Shown: in pieces, positions 60,201 through 64,000 of the stretch
Layout of the letters: each line of letters begins with the position of its first letter
Numbering within the stretch: the stretch's first letter is position 1
Assembly: GCA_002633005.1 (NCBI GenBank)
Contig: NMRA01000804.1
Location: forward strand, 1-64,000
Direction: 5' to 3'
Origin: Phoronis australis
Taxonomy: Eukaryota > Animalia > Phoronida
DNA length: 64,000 nucleotides
Notes under the pieces: model-generated
What the model saw: only the letters and a program-made list of their open reading frames with translations
Database searches by the model: none
Told to the model about the DNA's origin: nothing
Translations under genes and position numbers: made by a program

Positions 60201-63200
60201 AACTTGATAGCAACATTTTTGTTGAGTACGTGTTGAGTGTGTTTGCAGAAGATCTTGCGTGCTTGCTGAGATATTTGCAGTAAATATTTCCGTTCATTTT
60301 CAGATTGCTGTCTCAGTGTGGTGAATACTTTGAGTTGCGTTGTCGACTTCTGGAGAACCTGTCTCGTGAGTAGACTCAGTGGTGATGGGATTTGTGATCT
60401 TTGTTACCTGCACTTCCACAATCAATGTAGAGGCAGATCTGCACCCTGTTATGAAGGAGCTTTCAATTGAAAATGCGGTGTTCTCTATGTGGGTGTATTT
60501 AGACCCATGTACCTATATGTTGAACTATGCCTTTGTCCAAAATTGGACAAATTCTGCAAAACTAAAGGCTCAGAGTTTTAAAGTTGCCCCATCTATAGTT
60601 TTACTCTTGCGTCACAAAGTTATAGATGTTCAAGGGTTTTCTATTCAGGACTCTTGGAGAACATGAATTTTGTGTACATTGATGTCAATGTATTGTTATG
60701 TTATCAAATTCTGAAGATCACAGGCGTTTGAGGCTATAATGTTTGGAGTCAACATTGAATCTGCTCGTAGGAACTAAACTAAATATAAACACCATAAAAT
60801 TTTTGCCCCTGTCTAAAGTTTATTTGTCGTCATTAAAATGTTTACAGTTCGTGAATATTTTGTTGAGCAGCTAGAAGGCAATATCCTGATGTTTGTAGAA
60901 TGTCAAAGGGCAGGTCATGACTCTGCAAAGTCAATCATATATCATCATCCCCCAGCCATCCAGAGCCGTCTTCCAGACATCTGGAACTGTTCCCCAGTTG
61001 TCCAAAGCCGTACCCCAACAGTAATGTATGCATGTGGACGCATAGTCTCCACACAAACGTTCGTGCGGTAATCTCCTTTTGGACAAGTAGTTTTCTCAGT
61101 CTCAAAAAGGTATCTTTATACAAACGTTTTCTCTGATTTAACTTCTTATGTCATTCACTAGTCAGTATGTAAGGCTGGATTGTTTTACTTCCCCAGGCCA
61201 TCAACAGGGGGTGCTGCAACTCAATCCTATGGAGATGCTAGAGGATGAGATCGCCTGGCTGCAGAATTATGTGACGTCTGAACATCCGGAGGTACGAGAG
61301 GCAGACAACCTGTTGCTGGAGGGGCACCTGAACCTGATAGGTGTACTGCTCACATGTGAAGGGGTAGACAAAACTGAGATAGGTGAGTAACTCGATCACC
61401 TGGGCATGTAATGCATACCTTGTTCACTACAGGTGTGAGAGACGTGGGCGTCACTCATTAGCTGTAACTTGGAAGTTGTTACTATGACAATACTGATCAT
61501 TACTGTAATACAACTCTGCATATTGTTGTCAACGTCTTAACTCATTCGACCCTGAGCACCATATGGAATAACTTGCCTGGTGGCCTGACTGAGCTGTGGA
61601 ATGTCTACCCCCTTGAAGTCGGAGGGTATTTCACTCAGAACTAGGTCACAAGCACTGCACATAATTAAAACCTCATCACTCAGTCATTAGTAAACATATA
61701 CTTACCAAATTTTCAGCATTACATCTTGAGTAAATGAGCTTCATGTTGATATAAAATTTATCCAAGTTCAATATCGATAAAGGGTTGAACAAGTAGTTTT
61801 ACTTTTTGTTTTCCAGAAACAAAGACATTTGTTTACAAATAATCCATTTAAATTTCCAGAAAACATGTCAAGAAAGTTTTCCGTGTAGCATATCTTCATC
61901 ATAAACTAGATCACTGAAATCTGTATCTAAATCTGACCACTCAGTGCTATAAGTATCCACACTGTCATATCCATAATCACTGAAGTCTATATCTAAATGT
62001 GACCAGTGTCATCAGTATCCACACTATCCTCCATAATAAAAACTTCAAGAACTGTGAGAGAGCAGCAGAGATGATGTCCGTATAATATCAAGGCAGCAAT
62101 TTCAAGTGAGTGTGTGCACAGTGCTAGTCACAGAGTAGAATGTTCCTAGTAATTGAACATTTTGTTATTGTTTCTGGTCAGTTCAAATAAAATAAACAGG
62201 AGCACCCTAGCAGATGATTAAGTGGTGACAGCAGTGTTATGTAACACCAATTAAGTTACAGTTCAGGGCAATTAGCTTCATTCTAGTCTTCAGATCAAAC
62301 AAACATACTATATTTCAGGGAGGAATATCTCTATAACCTTTCAAAAGTTACCACAACAATCACTACAAAGCTAACACGCTTCCTGGTTTTTCCTTGAATT
62401 GATAATTTGCTTGTGAAGAAATGGTTCTAAATTCCAGGAATAACAGCCAATAGGCATTAACTTCACAAACAAGAAGTTAACATAGAGTATGGTGTCTCAA
62501 TCCTCATTGGATAGAAAACTGGGAATACCCTACATATATTTAAACTTAAACCAATAATTTGCTGCCTTCTATCCCTCCTGAAGGCGTGATCCGCTTGTGA
62601 GATACATTGTTTAGATAACGCCTCCAGACGGCATCAGGCCCTGAGTGAAAATAAACAGTCACGCCATAAGGCGTGATCAGGGAGGAATGAGTTAACCGTG
62701 ATGCACTTCTCACAGTGGCTGAAACTTTTCCCATTTTAAGTGCAGCTGCACTCGGTCAATCAGTCGTATTGCCAAAGACTTTCTCTGTGATTTCATATTT
62801 GACACCAGCCTTTAGCAGACTCATGATTTAATTTCCTGTTGCAGGCAAGCATATCATCAAAGACTTGCTCTACGATTTCCTGTTCCCCGCCTCCAAAATG
62901 TTGTTGGACGATTTTGAGGAGAAACGGCGCTCGAAGACTTCCATCATGGACTTCAATCCCAAGTAAGGGCTGTCAATCATAAAGTGTCAGTATTCTTTTG
63001 GTCAAGTATTGTCTGGTGCTCGTTACTAATGTGTTAGTATTTCTTTAAGTTTCACATTTCTCTGTAGAAAATTAAATGTAATGTGCAAGTCCCATAGGCC
63101 TTTGTTCAGACTTAACTAAAAAGAGGGAAAAGACGCCATTAAGGGACATTTTCCTTCGAAAACCGGGGTTGCCCCCTATCTGCCAGCAAGTTAATAGTTC

Positions 63201-63977
63201 ACAGACTGACTCTTCTTACAAGAGTCGTTCAAGTGTAGTAGTAAGTTTTCTCTGCTGTCAACCACAAGACTTCATTCGTGGAATGTGAATGTACAGTTTT
63301 CTGATGTGGAGGTAAATGGTATGTCCTTTGAAAATGCCATGCTAGAAATATTGAACTTCTGTCTGACTTGAAGCTCTTCTTGTGATATTCTAGGTGTTCA
63401 GACAACAGGTCACGTACTGCCGCCTATAGGGTGTTAGTGGAACTAGCCGACCAGTGTCTAGAAAATCTTGATGAGATCTCTACTGAGTTGATCACTATGC
63501 ACCACAAAGCAGAGAGGGAGGGGGACAAGGACTGGGAGGTGAGCAGCCAAATGCTCTTCCAGTGTCTGTGAAGCCAACATTTGGATGTTGTTTTTACAAA
63601 TAATACCCAAATCACAGATTATCTTAGAATCATATTTGTTCAATACCACAGACTCTATGAATGCTATCGATTCAATTTTATTGGAGTATGTTAAAAGTCA
63701 GATTAGTATCCTAAGAGATACTGCTACGGCTTTGTGTAGAAAAGTGTGAAACTACATTTTGAATCTCTTGTTTGTTGAAGTTGTTTAACATTAACTTTTT
63801 CCTGTCTTCCTATTAGTACATGCCCCCTGTTGACAGTCGATCATCAAGTGGGTTTGTTGGTTTGAAGAATGGGGGCGCCACATGTTACATGAACTCCGTG
63901 ATCCAGCAGCTGTTCATGACTCCCACAATTCCTGATTACATCCTCAGTATCGACTCTGACGACGTCGAGGAGAACAG
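33038..63977 (+). CDS. USP24: Ubiquitin carboxyl-terminal hydrolase 24, gene span, 33 exons visible (~1690 aa), continues past the window end
   Basis: N-terminal UBA domain, long helical region, USP Cys-box [16 protein letters not shown] at about residue 1660; all exons join in phase with GT-AG sites. Confidence 0.92.
34510..34693 (+). CDS. USP24: USP24 exon 2, copy B
   Basis: As copy A with 3 synonymous and 1 C>S difference. Confidence 0.85.
35046..35113 (+). CDS. USP24: USP24 exon 3, copy B
   Basis: As copy A with 2 synonymous differences. Confidence 0.8.
35886..36029 (+). CDS. USP24: USP24 exon 4, copy B
   Basis: [29 protein letters not shown]; 144 bp, phase 0/0. Confidence 0.85.
36609..37776 (+). 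mobile_element. Kolobok-like DNA transposon with THAP-domain ORF (interior mostly N gap)
   Basis: TTAA TSDs (36605-36608, 37777-37780); >=156-bp TIR starting AGGCGAAGG; ORF at 36874 [12 protein letters not shown]...LHRFPMD is THAP-like; absent from the duplicate (TTAG at 40716-40719). Confidence 0.85.
38192..38332 (+). CDS. USP24: USP24 exon 5, copy B
   Basis: [13 protein letters not shown]...GWLTNFINR. Confidence 0.85.
38978..39043 (+). CDS. USP24: USP24 exon 6, copy B
   Basis: [22 protein letters not shown]. Confidence 0.8.
39818..39880 (+). CDS. USP24: USP24 exon 7, truncated copy B (ends at N)
   Basis: [21 protein letters not shown], then N at 39881. Confidence 0.7.
40001..40144 (+). 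CDS. USP24: USP24 exon 4, second copy
   Basis: Same as 35886-36029. Confidence 0.85.
41127..41267 (+). CDS. USP24: USP24 exon 5, second copy
   Basis: 4 synonymous differences from 38192-38332. Confidence 0.85.
41914..41979 (+). CDS. USP24: USP24 exon 6, second copy
   Basis: 1 synonymous difference from 38978-39043. Confidence 0.8.
42797..42937 (+). CDS. USP24: USP24 exon 7
   Basis: [18 protein letters not shown]...ELKDK. Confidence 0.85.
43852..44010 (+). CDS. USP24: USP24 exon 8
   Basis: [18 protein letters not shown]. Confidence 0.88.
44581..44695 (+). CDS. USP24: USP24 exon 9
   Basis: VTKLIED...[16 protein letters not shown]. Confidence 0.88.
46267..46478 (+). CDS. USP24: USP24 exon 10
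   Basis: [23 protein letters not shown]...LTKIW. Confidence 0.88.
47245..47340 (+). CDS. USP24: USP24 exon 11
   Basis: [23 protein letters not shown]. Confidence 0.85.
47328..47457 (+). repeat. 54-bp tandem repeat duplicating the exon 11 donor site
   Basis: ACCAC(T/C)AGG|GTTGGTATA at 47340, 47394, 47448. Confidence 0.92.
47956..48117 (+). CDS. USP24: USP24 exon 12
   Basis: [12 protein letters not shown]...[11 protein letters not shown]. Confidence 0.88.
48833..49066 (+). CDS. USP24: USP24 exon 13
   Basis: [11 protein letters not shown]...VDGKYRHEE. Confidence 0.88.
49747..49878 (+). CDS. USP24: USP24 exon 14
   Basis: [29 protein letters not shown]. Confidence 0.88.
50324..50435 (+). CDS. 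USP24: USP24 exon 15
   Basis: [25 protein letters not shown]; phase 0/1. Confidence 0.85.
50459..50670. repeat. 52-bp minisatellite x4
   Basis: TCTGATGTGGAGTGCTCACACTTTGAGAACCAGTTGAGGCCTGTTATTCAGT. Confidence 0.95.
51268..51341 (+). CDS. USP24: USP24 exon 16
   Basis: [24 protein letters not shown]; phase 1/0. Confidence 0.85.
52169..52312 (+). CDS. USP24: USP24 exon 17
   Basis: [19 protein letters not shown]...LNPKLKK. Confidence 0.88.
52649..52821 (+). CDS. USP24: USP24 exon 18
   Basis: [20 protein letters not shown]; phase 0/2. Confidence 0.85.
53096..53454 (+). repeat. 61-bp minisatellite (~6 units) duplicating the exon 19 acceptor site
   Basis: CTGTAG|GT ending at 53137, 53198, 53259, 53320, 53381, 53442. 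Confidence 0.92.
53443..53620 (+). CDS. USP24: USP24 exon 19
   Basis: [12 protein letters not shown]...[10 protein letters not shown]. Confidence 0.88.
54114..54212 (+). CDS. USP24: USP24 exon 20
   Basis: [15 protein letters not shown]...VQIYANEKL. Confidence 0.85.
54682..54828 (+). CDS. USP24: USP24 exon 21
   Basis: [15 protein letters not shown]. Confidence 0.85.
55098..55307 (+). CDS. USP24: USP24 exon 22
   Basis: [12 protein letters not shown]...LLMLIPTDP. Confidence 0.88.
55839..56024 (+). CDS. USP24: USP24 exon 23
   Basis: SP-rich stretch then [11 protein letters not shown]. Confidence 0.85.
56584..56777 (+). CDS. USP24: USP24 exon 24
   Basis: VLSSKLMP...[16 protein letters not shown]...CLQLAR. 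Confidence 0.88.
57438..57666 (+). CDS. USP24: USP24 exon 25
   Basis: FLLCGETV...ASRAIQ; phase 2/0. Confidence 0.82.
58241..58397 (+). CDS. USP24: USP24 exon 26
   Basis: [21 protein letters not shown]. Confidence 0.88.
58773..58928 (+). CDS. USP24: USP24 exon 27
   Basis: LHAGVCVQQ...[20 protein letters not shown]. Confidence 0.88.
59528..59771 (+). CDS. USP24: USP24 exon 28
   Basis: [18 protein letters not shown]...ARLPFW. Confidence 0.85.
60304..60365 (+). CDS. USP24: USP24 exon 29
   Basis: [19 protein letters not shown]; phase 2/1. Confidence 0.82.
61197..61382 (+). CDS. USP24: USP24 exon 30
   Basis: [11 protein letters not shown]...LLEGHLNLI. Confidence 0.88.
61541..62691. mobile_element. 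Non-autonomous piggyBac-like element in a USP24 intron
   Basis: TTAA at 61537-61540 and 62692-62695; imperfect TIR CTCATTCGACCCTGAGCAC vs CTCATTCCTCCCTGATCAC. Confidence 0.7.
62845..62962 (+). CDS. USP24: USP24 exon 31
   Basis: [18 protein letters not shown]...FNP. Confidence 0.85.
63394..63538 (+). CDS. USP24: USP24 exon 32
   Basis: [25 protein letters not shown]...MHH...DWE. Confidence 0.85.
63817..63977 (+). CDS. USP24: USP24 exon 33: start of USP catalytic domain (Cys box)
   Basis: [34 protein letters not shown]. Confidence 0.95.
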
Positions 63978-64000
63978 GTGAGACTTGATTGGCTGTGTTG

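Overview
Eukaryotic (invertebrate-animal-like) draft genomic DNA with spliceosomal introns, N gaps and many DNA-transposon remnants. Two large genes lie head-to-head. Minus strand, 24810->10562: a 9-coding-exon PARP12/ZAP(ZC3HAV1)-family gene (~1524 aa once a 1-bp frameshift in exon 2 is corrected). Its architecture is an RGG-rich N-terminus, three tandem ZAP-type four-CCCH modules, a 13th CCCH finger, tandem WWE, a degenerate PARP domain with a Y-Y-V triad, and a PPxY-containing tail ending in the CaaX box CCIQ. This resembles a convergent invertebrate version of vertebrate ZAP-L. Plus strand, 28353/33038->beyond the window end: USP24 (UBA domain through the USP Cys-box, 33 exons visible). 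Its 5' exons appear twice, most likely because a second haplotype (31221-39880) was scaffolded into a gap inside a transposon of the first haplotype. Also present: a 3.9-kb TIR element with 7-bp TSD, a Kolobok-like THAP element present in only one copy, a piggyBac-like element, several 5-bp-TSD mini-elements, an intronic array of CTCF-like motifs, and minisatellites that duplicate USP24 splice sites. All calls are by eye; no database searches were run.
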